Below are positions 1 to 11,899 of a stretch of DNA of 30,330 nt, one piece after another; position 1 is the stretch's first letter, and every line of letters starts with the position of its first letter. A program made the position numbers and the translations under genes. Source of the DNA: Spizellomyces punctatus DAOM BR117 (Eukaryota); NCBI GenBank assembly GCA_000182565.2, contig KQ257472.1. One strand, given 5' to 3'. Below the pieces are notes generated by a model. The model had not been told where the DNA came from. It did not search any database and saw only the letters and a program-made list of their open reading frames with translations.

Positions 1-1035
1 GCAACCAAACCTTTGCATCGACGTTCCAGCAATCTGGTTCGGAAAGAGTTTTTCACTTTAATTTAAAGTACGTTTCACAAAATGTTTTCCACCTTCCTTA
101 AAAGGAAACTATCGATGTTAAAATTACCCAAAAAGATTTTTTTTTCGGCATCGGAACCAAAGCGGCCCGTTTCCATCGTTTCAAAGCCATGGTTAAAAAG
201 TTGTTTGTTTACATAAGTCAAATGTAGATGGGGATGGGGTGTGCTATATTGGATATTCCAGAACCGGAGCTTCCGGACAGAGCAGAAAAGGAGCAAGAGC
301 CGCAAGAAAGAGGCAAGGAAACCACAATCGAGCACAAGTCTCAAAAATATGTCGTTTGAAAACAGATTATTGCATGGATGTATTTTATCTTGCTTTCTAT
401 TTCATGGTTCAGAGCTTTTCCTTTGCTGTTAGAGATGAAAAAAAAGGATCCACAAGGCCCTAACCAATCCCTTGAACCTATCCGATGGGAACTCTATGGA
501 TCCTTGAACACTGTGAAATGAAATTGCTAATCCCGTGTGTGGTCGGAGTTTCACTTGCAACAAAAAAATCTGTCAAAAAGGAAGAACGAACAAAAGCAAG
601 AACCACTCATCAGGCATCAGAGTGTCGACCAGATCGATTGCTGCAATGTACACCAGCTCCTTTCCGCCGTGTTTTGACAGTTGAGACCAAAAAAGAAAAA
701 GGTTTCCAGTCGCTGGGAACGGAAGCCTCGTTTTGGTGTGGACTTTTAAAGTTTTTGGCAGCTCCGCAGAACACCCGCGTGGCTGATGGAAAATTGTTTG
801 GCAGAAACAGTGTTCTAAAGTGGAGATGTGCTCCAGCCATTGCAAATAATCCCCAACCTCCACATGACACGGATCAAAACGACATGAGCATATGAATTAC
901 ATATTTCCATCAACCACGATCACGATGATCAAAGGGATATAACTTTTTTTTTATTTCTCAAACGAAACTACATTTATACAACGATATCCTGTTTCCACCA
1001 CATTTCAAAATCTGTACAGTGTAGTGTGGTCACAT

Positions 1036-1463
1036 TTACTGGTTGAGTTTGCTAATGAACGAATCAAAAACACCACAAAATTAGCTCACCACCAAAACAT
1101 TGTAATATACAATTCTCTCAAACTCACTCTTTGACATCAGACTTTGCGCGATCGGCACGACCTTCCGCTTCTTTGGAGTCGTTGCCCGTGATGGCGCCCC
1201 ACGTCTGCTTGGCCCATCCAGTGATGCCCTCGCCAGCAGCTTCAGCTCGATTTTGAGCTTTTGCACTCTCGTTTTCAGCGTTACCCTTTAGGTTTTGCGC
1301 TTTGCCCTCAGCTATAATAATCAAAAGCGTTAGATAAACATTTCCCGTCAAAACAAAATTTGAAATGTGTACCTTGCCATTGCTCGTTGCCGGTCACATT
1401 GCCAAGAGTTTCCTTTGCGGAACCAGCGGCCTTGTCAGTGATTCCAGATTGACGAGAAGCCAT
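1036..1463 (-). CDS. CsbD-like / LEA-type small hydrophilic stress-response protein (96 aa, 3 exons)
   Basis: Manual splicing: exons 1463-1373, 1311-1128, 1051-1036 with GT..AG introns (GTACAC..TATAG; GTGAGT..GCTAAT..CATTAG), 291 nt in frame. Protein MASRQSGITDKAAGSAKETLGNVTGNEQWQAEGKAQNLKGNAENESAKAQNRAEAAGEGITGWAKQTWGAITGNDSKEAEGRADRAKSDVKDKLNQ has two CsbD-like G.AKE..G..TGN....AEG repeats. Confidence 0.85.
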
Positions 1464-1651
1464 TTTGAATGTTTTTGGTAGATTGGTAAAGAGTGTTGGT
1501 TGTTTTGAAAAGTTACAAGTCTTTTGAATGCGAATGAAATTATGTGGAAATCTGAGGCAAGCCCGTTCCTTTTATGCTTTTTCTTTGAATCGTTGCCCTC
1601 CATTGCCAATGTCCCTTCAGAAACAGGTTGCAGAGCGAAACAGACTCTAAG

Positions 1652-1688
1652 CCTGACGTCAGGGATCAACTGATGACGTGATGACGCG
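1652..1688. promoter_or_regulatory. Cluster of CRE/ATF-type sites upstream of the CsbD-like gene
   Basis: Perfect 12-bp palindrome CCTGACGTCAGG (1652-1663; core TGACGTCA), then TGACGT (1674-1679) and TGACG (1682-1686), about 190-225 nt upstream of the ATG at 1463. Confidence 0.55.
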
Positions 1689-2660
1689 CCCCGCCTTGCT
1701 AATCCCACTTTCCCCTTCCGCCCCACCAAAATCCCGTCATTGTCAAACACTTTTTACAGTCATTCAACGTAGAAAAGAAAAAGCTACGCATGACGAAAGT
1801 CTTTAGGGCGATGGGCGGTGCATGCTTACCTAAAATCATTGGGGCGTGAAAATAGCGAAAATGCCAAACTGCCTTTGGCACGCCATTATGGTGTGCTTTT
1901 GCGCGACAGATACACTCTTCTTCTTTGTTCCTTGGCGGAAGGGTACTTGTCACAACAAACCCTTTTACGCGCAAACTGCGTGCTCCCCATTTGTGTCCAT
2001 CCCAACAACCCTCGTGATTGGGGATTCATTGCCCGCCCCCTATTAACCATACCTTTTTTTGATGAGAGGATCGCCAGGTGATGGAGAGGTCTAACGATAA
2101 CTGTTTTCCTGAGAACCTTATGTGCTATTAGAATCCCACCTCTACGTTGTTGGACAAGCTGTAGGATATGCGTGTCAAACTCTTATTGAATTTCAATCAC
2201 GGTTGACAATGTACTTGCACATCCACAAGTTCACCTCTGCGACGAGGAGGCATAGCAGCTCATAGCAAAACTTTCGAGTTTCGGGTTTGAACAGGCTCAT
2301 CCCATCCAACAGTGCCCAAAGCCATAGCGATACAAAATGCTATGGATGTCGCTATCGCATCCTGTCAAAGCAGTAATGGATGACATCGCCAAAAGAATGC
2401 GTTCAGGTCAAAGAACACCTGCACAGTCACGCTTGCCCAGAACCAGTGGCAAAAAGAGCGCAATGCGAGCGCAATTCCAATGCTTATATTGACCCCATTC
2501 ATTTTACATCTTCACAGCCTCGCCCATGCAGCAGAATGGCCCTAGTCTCCAATCAATCATCTCGCAGCTCATGTATGCTGATATCGCTAAAAGCGCCCAT
2601 CACTTTTTTCAAAATATTGTCACGCCTCCATCTCTCATGCCGATTCCGAAAACTTGCCAA

Positions 2661-5600
2661 CTACGCAGGAAAGGTTTTCAATATATAGTTGAACAGCGTT
2701 AGGATCTTGCCTCGATCGCCGTCCATGATATCTAAAAGGAATTTACAGGTTAATATCGTGTGTTGGACCACGAAAAAAAAAATGCCACATGGACAAAATG
2801 GGTCAACCCACCTTGAGGAGAACAGAAACCAGTCGATATTCCCTTCTTGGTCAAGAAATTGAGTGCTACCGCAATGTTATCGATTTTATGGACAGGCAAC
2901 ATGGCGCGCTTATTGTACTTCCCAACAGACTCGCCCGTGCAGTCCTGAAATTTAAAACATTAGTTGCATGAACCGAACGGAGTTTGGTCCGCGCATGTTT
3001 TTACCTCTAGTGCATAAATCAGATTTAATCCATTCCCAAGTGCAGAGTATAGGTTATCAACTTGGATGTCATGTGCGACTAGGTGCTTGTTCAACCATTC
3101 CAGACCGCCCTGATGTATTTATATGGTGTGAGCATTTGCAAGCACACATCCAGCATGATCCGGACCGCCCACCTTTTCAATGGCCTTGTCATCTCCACTA
3201 ACACTCGATTCCTTTCGCTTAAAGTTCTGTAACCGCCAGGTCAAGGTCAATACCTGAGAGAACTGCACTGCAACAGCCCGCATCTACATACCAGCGCTGG
3301 GCCGTTAAATAAATCTGTATGAGACGGAGAACGGCCCGCAGCTGCTACTCGACGTGTGGTCGGAGATACCACAGCCGGTTCCTTTTGATGCAGAAATATG
3401 CGTAATATGAGTTTCAATATACTGAGCACAATGATAAAAATTACTTACAGCCTGTGTATCCTGGTCCCCTGGACGAGTCTGAAGCGGAGCTGGGAGCACC
3501 TACACATACAAGGCGATCAGGAACAGGTAGAGATTTCACGTCTTTGAAACGCTCCAAAATGCTTACTTCTTCCGGAGGCGGCGTACCAGCACCGTCCGCT
3601 ACATGTTCTTCAGCAATATGGTCATCCTGTGACAGTGACCGTGGAAATGCTGGCGGTCCGCTCCTCCCAGTGACCGCAGCGGCCAACGCTCCCAGGGCCC
3701 CATGGTTGGTAGCAAAGAGGCCAGGAATTCTCCGCGGTTTGGGAGAAGGAGCCTCCCCGTGATCCTCAACTGCCGTCGAAGACGGTTCTTCATGGCCAGG
3801 AACGGAATCCGTAGCCGAAACCGTTGACACCACAGACATTGGACGCTCACTCGCCATTGAGGTAGGTCGTTGAGCAGTGCCCGGTGGCATCGGTCGTACC
3901 TCAGCCGGAACCTCGTCAAAGTGCGTACTCTTACGGGTAGCGCCCGGTTTGGGAGGCACATTAGGAAGGGGTGGCGATGGACTATGGTCATCTGCCGTGC
4001 TCTTCCGCATTGGGCTATGTGAAGGAACTGGCCTTGGTGGGCGGCGTGGGACTGGTGCTGGAGGTTCAATCGTCCCGACCGGAGGCGAGCCTGGGGATTG
4101 TGGCTCGTCGTAGGTACCTCTCCTAATGGGGGTGGAAGGAGCTACTCGCGGTGGAAATCGACCGATGGATTCCTCTGACGGTGTATCCTGATGGACACTG
4201 CGACGGTCTCCGGCTTCGGAATACATGCTCGTCGGACGGCCAGCACTGGCGCCGGAATCAGAATACATACTCATCCGATTCCCTCGGCCACTTGCAATGC
4301 TAGCAGTCTCATCTGCTTCTGAAGCCGTCTCATCGCCAGTCTTTTGGTTGCCTCGCATCACAGAAGCGAGCGCGCTCATGGCAGAATTGCCCTGAGGCTT
4401 TTTAGGCCTTGAGGGTACAGCTGGAGGTCTCTCTGGACCTCCTGCCGGAGCTTCGGTGTACCCGTCATCGCTAGCGTGTTGTTCTCCAGATTGAGCAATC
4501 TGGTCTGTAACGCCAGGTAGACTAGCACCGATAGACCCAGGTCGGCTATGGGTCGGCTTGGAAGATCGGGAACTTGTGGAACTCTGTGATTTCTCATGTC
4601 CGCGCGTAGAGTCTTCATATGGCTCTTCTTCACGGGCTTGTACAGGAGGCCGTGCTGCTGGGCGAGGAGGGACTGCAACGGGTGGATGATCCACTTCTGC
4701 GCCTGCCTCCTCAGAAGGGTGCGAAGGCTCCTGTTACACATCACAACGGTTAAGGCTGGAAATCATTCGTAGATTAATCAGCAGGACACTTACCGTAGAT
4801 TCCGAAGCGTGAGGCTCATGCTCTCCGGTCTCGTCATCCTTTCCGCTCTTTTTGCCTTTCTTTGGTCTGGACTTTGTCAAGTGACTGAGCATACCGCGAA
4901 TCCCCATCTTTGGTGACTTTTGCCCCTTATGTTTGTCCTTTTCCTTCCCGGCGACATTCTGGTCAGACACAGATGAGCTCATCTGCTGGGGCGGCGCCAG
5001 GCTCTGTTCTGGCATGGAAGTCACAGTTGGAACCCGTGCAGGCGCTGCTGGCGGCTGCTGGCCAGGCACAACTGCAGCAGGCGGTATTGCATGTGTTTCT
5101 GCGGGTTCATCCTCCATCTGTGGATAGTCCTGTTCTGACTGCACGTCTTGAGGCTCCTGAGTCACTTCTCGCGTCAGGGAACGAGGGTTATACTGATCAT
5201 CGTCACTCCCGGCTTCATCTTGCGCTGAGTATTGAACAGCAGGACGGTTGAATTTTGGCGGGGGTCCCGAAAGCATACGATTAAGGTTGGATACAAATCC
5301 CGTACGGCCGTCCCCTGGCGGATTTCCACCCTCGGTCTCTTCCACGTCCATTTCTTCGGCCTCATCTGGCGTCAAGTCCGTTAGTGACTGACGGGACTTT
5401 GCAACCGGTGATCGCTCGATCGGCGGAGGCAGACGCGAAGTAGTAGAGGGGCCCTGATTAACGGCGATGCTTTTTGGTCGGGGCTTCGTCAGTGGTGGCG
5501 GCTGCGGTGGCGGCACAGCTTCTGAGGCAGAATATGGTCGTGACACCGCAGTATCTGCCGCGGGTCGAGGAACAACGGGTGGTGGTGACGGATTTGTCTT

Positions 5601-6436
5601 AACCTGTGTCGCAGTCCTCTGAGGTGCCGAAACTGGATGGGGACGGGGAGCGGTTGCTGAAGGCTGCAAAAATGAACGGACAATCATGATCAGCGAACTG
5701 CATATTGGAAACGATACAAATTACACATCACGCACCTGAGAAGTGGTGGACTGCGTTACTTCAAGCTTATTGGTTACACGCTGAATCCTTGCGCTTAAAC
5801 GGTCCTCTGTTGCGGCGTTCGCAGTTTCGATCATGCCCAAATATGTATCATGGACGTCATTACGGAAAGTTGTAGTGATAAAGTCATTCAACAGAGCGTC
5901 GAGTCCTCCAACAAGGTCCATTCGATGAGCAATCTCTTGCAGAGCTTGTCGGCATGATTCTACAGCACCTTCACCTACACGCGTCGTTCAAAGATTCAAG
6001 GTTTAGAGCGCGTTCCTTCCATTGCATATTGATTAACGACAGCACCTAAATCATCAGAATTTGCATCGTCTGCTCCATCTGCCTCATATACAAAGCGAAC
6101 TTCGTCCAGCACAATGTTCACCAATTTATCTAATTCTCGTCGTAGAGCTGCATCCGCCCTTCCAACTGCATCTCTAAAAGAGGTCTTCAACGAACGAACC
6201 AGACGATCATCGACAATATGTGTGGTGTTTTCAGTGAGCCCAGTCAGTGCGCGCCCATACGATTCCACGTCGTCCGTTGCAGCATAGGCTGACCGTATGA
6301 GAGCAGACGAAGGATTTTTCTCATGAGCTTCATAGCTTGCAACGACTTTCTTCAGCCGCTCCGTAGCAGCGGACAATTGGGCGCTTGGGTACCTTGACGC
6401 TACGTTTGAAAAATATGCAAATTGCAGGTCAGCCAT
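2661..6436 (-). CDS. Multi-exon proline-rich cytoskeletal adaptor: N-terminal helical region, CPI motif, many PxxPxR/K motifs, C-terminal calponin-homology (CH) domain
   Basis: ORFs 5996-6463, 5721-5921, 4734-5687 and 3441-4694 appear to be exons of one gene; the probable start is MADLQF (ATG at 6436). The last exons (3109-3005, 2944-2812, 2731-2661) splice to GGLEWLNKHLVAHDIQVDNLYSALGNGLNLIYALEDCTGESVGKYNKRAMLPVHKIDNIAVALNFLTKKGISTGFCSPQDIMDGDRGKILTLFNYILKTFPA*, an actinin/filamin-type CH pattern. Not every upstream junction was verified. Confidence 0.8.
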
Positions 6437-7394
6437 GTGTGTCAACTGGTCCTCGCGCTCCACATCCCTCCGATCGCACTGAGCTCAGACCCACAAAGGG
6501 TTTATACCTTGTAGTGACATGTCCCTATTCTTGTCCGCAGGTGCGTTTTATAGTTGTGCCAAGTTTCCCGGATGGCGCGGCGCATAAACACACGAGACGT
6601 AAAGGGCGATCCGCTCACACAGTCGAAAGTTGTCATGCAAAAGCAAATAATGGCGAACCGCAGATTTCTCCAAGTGTAGTCCTGTACACTTGACAGTTCT
6701 GGCAAGCGTTCTAAAGATAGCCTAACTTGGATGGGCAGCGGGCCTGCTGTTGAAGCGCTTGGGCGGCCAACTGCACGGCGCATCACGTGCCCCAGTCGTG
6801 TGTAACCTAGCTAAGCCTGCTGCTCCATCAGTTATTTAAGGTTAATGGCAATAACAAACATGTTGTTTGGGTTTGGCAGCAACCAGCTCGGATAAAGCCT
6901 GACTACTATCTGGCTTAATTACACATATGACACATTAGGGTTGGTCTAACTGGGTAACTAGTGTCCACCACCACAAGACAAATCCTACAAAGGCCGGGGT
7001 CCGAAGCGTTCCGGTCAGAGAACGTTCAGATACTAGTTGAATGAGTGATGCGCGTGGCAACGGCAAAATGTTCCACTGATTAGATGTACGCACGAGCAAT
7101 CATTGCAATCATCATGGCCGCAAATCGATATGTTTTGTTTATCTCCATGATGGTGCCACAATACATGTGGTTAATTCACAAGAGGACTAAAGAAGGGGAT
7201 ATGGTTGGCTCCTTTAGACATGTTCCTTCCTACTTGTGTCAATGATTCTCCAATTACAAGGCTGCCTTATCAGATGGCACTGGTGGAAACAACATGATTG
7301 AATAAGCTCCTGATTTTTTCAGTTTTTTTAATTTCTAAACGTGTCTCTATGATACATGTAATCCCAGACCCCCTTTTCTACCGACCCACATCAT

Positions 7395-9786
7395 CTACCA
7401 TTGCCCATCGAATCCCATGAAGCCACTCAAGAGAAAGACGGGGAAATATCGCTTCTTCTCTAAAGTCGAACACCAGTTCCACGCCGAGGTCAATCTTCCA
7501 TCAATGCATGAACCAGCGTCTAAAAACAGTAGCACATTGAAGATCCATATTGAATCAGTAATGGTTAGGTAACAAACACTTACCAAAGAAGTTATCCGCA
7601 CCACTTCCGTCAAAGGCATGTCGAAAGAAGTCCGCGAGTATCTCCTTCCGTAATCTTTCCGTCCCTCCAAACTGTCCGTCAATGTAACCCTTTATGCCGG
7701 GATTCTTGACCAGATCTTCCAACTGCCCCAAACAATTGCAAATTGGCAAAAGAATGCGGTAAACTTGGGTGTATTTGTCGATAAACATGAGCGCATTTGG
7801 AACATTCTAATAGAGCACATATCGATGTAACCGATTAGATACATATGGATAGCGAGTACGAGGTTTGCATATACTCACATGATCTCCCAAATGGATCACT
7901 GATGACCCAACCCAGTAGCCCACCCTCTTCTGTGCACGATGCAAAATCGTGTGCATCATCCGCGACACCCTTGGGGCGGCCTGCACGCGATTCAATCCCT
8001 GGCCGGTATCTCTCAGGCGGTAGCCGTTTTCATCGCTCAACAGATCCTGCTCAGCAAGGCTCCAGAGCATAAACATATCGTGCATAATCTCTCTCCACAG
8101 TGTCAAGGACTGCAATACATAGTGGTATTGCTTGCCATGATCGTGTGAAAGCCGCGCACCTCCTCGCCCCGATCTAATCGCCAGGGAAAACCCTTGCTCT
8201 TCCTTTTCAGCATCAAAATATTTTTGCAGGTACGATATCATCTTATCACAAGGGTCCCTATTAACGCGTAGGAAAGCATGATTGTCGCCAATGGAATATA
8301 GACATTGTCGGATGAGGTCCGGCTTCAATTCACTACTTCCATATTTTCGCGCCAGCTGCTCAATGGCGCGCTCTTTCATTTTGATTTCCGACTGAACTTG
8401 ATGCCGGCTTTTCCCTTCAGACAGAATCTCCTGTGTTGCTATCGCGATCAGATCGTCTTCCAGAACTCTCAATCCATTCAGCTCGCTGAGGACCGTGTAC
8501 ACAGTCTTTATAGGTTTAACACAGGTAAACTCCAGCATATCTTTTACTTCAGGGATTTGCGAGTCTTGCAGCAGGTAAACAAGCTTCCCGTAAGTAGTTC
8601 GCATCTTCTCCGGATTCATGATCTTATGCCGCCGCCCTAGCTCGAAGCTAATTGTAACAAAACATGGGGTGAGGGGTTATGATACTGAGCCACAAAAACA
8701 TGCCCTTCCTTACATTTCCTGGAAGAACTCGGCATTACTTCCGAAATCTCTATCTTGGAAAAGTTCTTGTCCAACTTTGTAATCAGCCGCCAACACAAGA
8801 CCCGATAATATGGCACAAAGTTCTTTGATTTGCGACACAATCCGCTTGCTTTTGCTTCCATAACTTAGGATATCGATACGGTCTGTATACTCAGACACGC
8901 TCAGTGCAGCTTCCAACAAACGAAGGTATTTGCGCTCGTCCAAGGTTAACCGTAATGGTATAAACTTTGCTCTCTCCAAGAACCAGTCACCAACGGGCGC
9001 CTTCGCGGTTGGCTGTTCGCCCATCAATTTGAAATCGTCGCTGAGTTCCTCATCTTCCTGGTTTTCGCCGTTGGCCGTTACAGCTGGTTCTGCCTGAATT
9101 TTAAGATATTTTAGGGCGGTATGGATGATCCCCGTCCCTGGACTCTTTGTCACGCATTATTGATGAATCCTCTTCAGCCCGGCAATTTCCCCTCTCAGTT
9201 TCCCTACCCACCTCTGCTTTTCCATTCGATCGCTTCGCTTTCTTCTGGGGGGTTGTCGATTGCAAGGATTTTGTGCTGTGTCGCTTTCGATTTCCCTTGC
9301 GGTGCTGTGAGTGGAAGCAAACTTCGCAGTAATTGTCCGCACACTGCTCGCAAAACACCGACGCAGGTTGATCTGCAGTTGTACAAGACCATCAGCCTGT
9401 CAAGCAGAAAATAGTCTGCTAAAAGCTGGAGAACAAAACCAACCTTCACACTCTACGCAATATCCGACAGGCGCCGACTTGTTTTTCCCTCGCCCATTTT
9501 CAGAGTCACTTCCGCTGGCACTTGCTTCCGCATCAGTGTCCTCCCCTACTCCATTCTGTGAATCTGGTCCAAGTCTCTCGACTTGACCGTCCAAAATGTC
9601 CCCCAGACTGACGGAACCCTGCGCCGTTGTGTTGCTCTCGTCACTAACGGCAATGTCCATGGGCGAATCACCACCGATATTATTGGCTGGGAGGGGGGAA
9701 TATAAAGGTGTGGAAGGAGGAGAGGGTCTTACAACCCAGGATGCGTCTGTGGCGTGTGCGGAATCTTGTAACGTTTGTCTGCTCAT
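7395..9786 (-). CDS. UPF0652/DUF2009 family protein with N-terminal B-box-type zinc finger
   Basis: Family motifs: ERAKFIPLRLTLDERKYLRLLEAALSVSEYTDRID, MNPEKMRTTYGKL, GARLSHDHGKQYHYVLQSLTLW, WVGSSVIHLGD, DFFRHAFDGSGADNFF..AGSCIDGRLTSAWNWCS, GFMGFDGQW*. Spliced CVECEDQPASVFCEQCADNYCEVCFHSQHRKGNRKRH is a B-box. The start codon is uncertain (9786 or 9885). Confidence 0.85.
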
Positions 9787-9951
9787 CAGGTTAGGGCAGA
9801 GTTCCGACTCGACACTCCTCCAACCTGCAGTGCAATGGGGAACTGGGCCAGAAAACAAAAAAAGCTCAACAGAGCTTGTAGACATGGGCGGCACAGTCAC
9901 AGCAACTGCGCGCGCTAGTGACAAAGGTAAATGATAGACAAAAAGTATGTT

Positions 9952-10011
9952 GTTCATTGCATTTATTGTCGACGATCACAAAAAAGTATTTACAAGTGTA
10001 ATAAATCAATT
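9952..10011 (+). repeat. Copy 1 of a bipartite direct repeat flanking the histone pair (lies in the H3 3' region)
   Basis: GTTCATTGCATTTATTGTCG (9952-9971) ... AATAAATCAATT (10000-10011); matches 11512-11572 in the same orientation. Contains a minus-strand AATAAA (9962-9967), the probable H3 poly(A) signal. Confidence 0.7.
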
Positions 10012-10036
10012 CTCTTGCTTCCCGGAGTAACTACAT

Positions 10037-10070
10037 AACACCAAGGTAGCGTTCAACAAACGCTAGTGTT
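10037..10070 (-). other. Stem-loop in the histone H3 3'UTR
   Basis: On the minus strand: AACAC-TAGCGTT-TGTTG-AACGCTA-(CCTTG bulge)-GTGTT. The upper stem (10065-10047) begins 32 nt after the stop codon. Confidence 0.65.
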
Positions 10071-10097
10071 CCAGGTTGGGGTGTAATTGTAACGCGT

Positions 10098-11453
<1,356 letters not shown>

Positions 11454-11487
11454 GCATTCTCACTCCCTCAAGATATCAAATACAGAA

Positions 11488-11515
11488 GAACGGCGTTTGT
11501 CAACGCCAATAGTTC
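11488..11515 (+). other. Stem-loop in the histone H4 3'UTR (6-bp stem, 4-nt loop)
   Basis: GAAC-GGCGTT-TGTC-AACGCC-(AATA bulge)-GTTC. The upper stem (11492-11507) begins 38 nt after the stop codon. Confidence 0.65.
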
Positions 11516-11572
11516 ATTGCATTATTGTCGTGCTCTTCCTTGTACATATGAGTTTAAGCGAATAAATCAATT
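11512..11572 (+). repeat. Copy 2 of the bipartite direct repeat (H4 3' region), containing the probable H4 poly(A) signal
   Basis: GTTCATTGCATTATTGTCG (11512-11530) ... AATAAATCAATT (11561-11572). Confidence 0.7.
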
Positions 11573-11899
11573 GATTGATAACAACTCGTTGTCTCCATTA
11601 TAATTGTCAATACCTGCTCTGCATGCGCAGTTTTCTCCTGTCCTCCAAATGGCGGGCATGCATTCATTGCAAAAAGGGGTTTGGTTGAAGAGTTGATGAT
11701 CACGTGATCCGGTCCAGGACATTCGCGTGAGAGTGCGCAAGATCGTTCTCAGAATTCAACCAGTTACATACCCGACGTCCACTTGCTGGAGACGTAGATC
11801 AACAGTGTGAGCACAGTCCGGGAGCTTCCCGTGCCCCGTCACATTCCTTCCGCAGTTCCACACGCGTAGCCCCGTCTGGGACGCGCATTGGCATCTCGT

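Noticed and set aside
1-960. Short ORFs (75-344, 239-463, 485-895, 573-863) in an A/T-tract-rich region
   Set aside because: No recognisable motifs or consistent splice model; likely intergenic or UTR.
1700-2660. Several 60-118 aa ORFs between the CsbD-like gene and the CH gene
   Set aside because: No protein-like features; explained as promoter and 3'UTR sequence.
4299-4335. Tandem peptide repeat DETASEA-DETASIA
   Set aside because: Only two copies in a low-complexity linker; no evidence of separate function.
6502-6786. ORF upstream of the CH/CPI gene
   Set aside because: Non-ATG start and no motif; probably 5'UTR or promoter.
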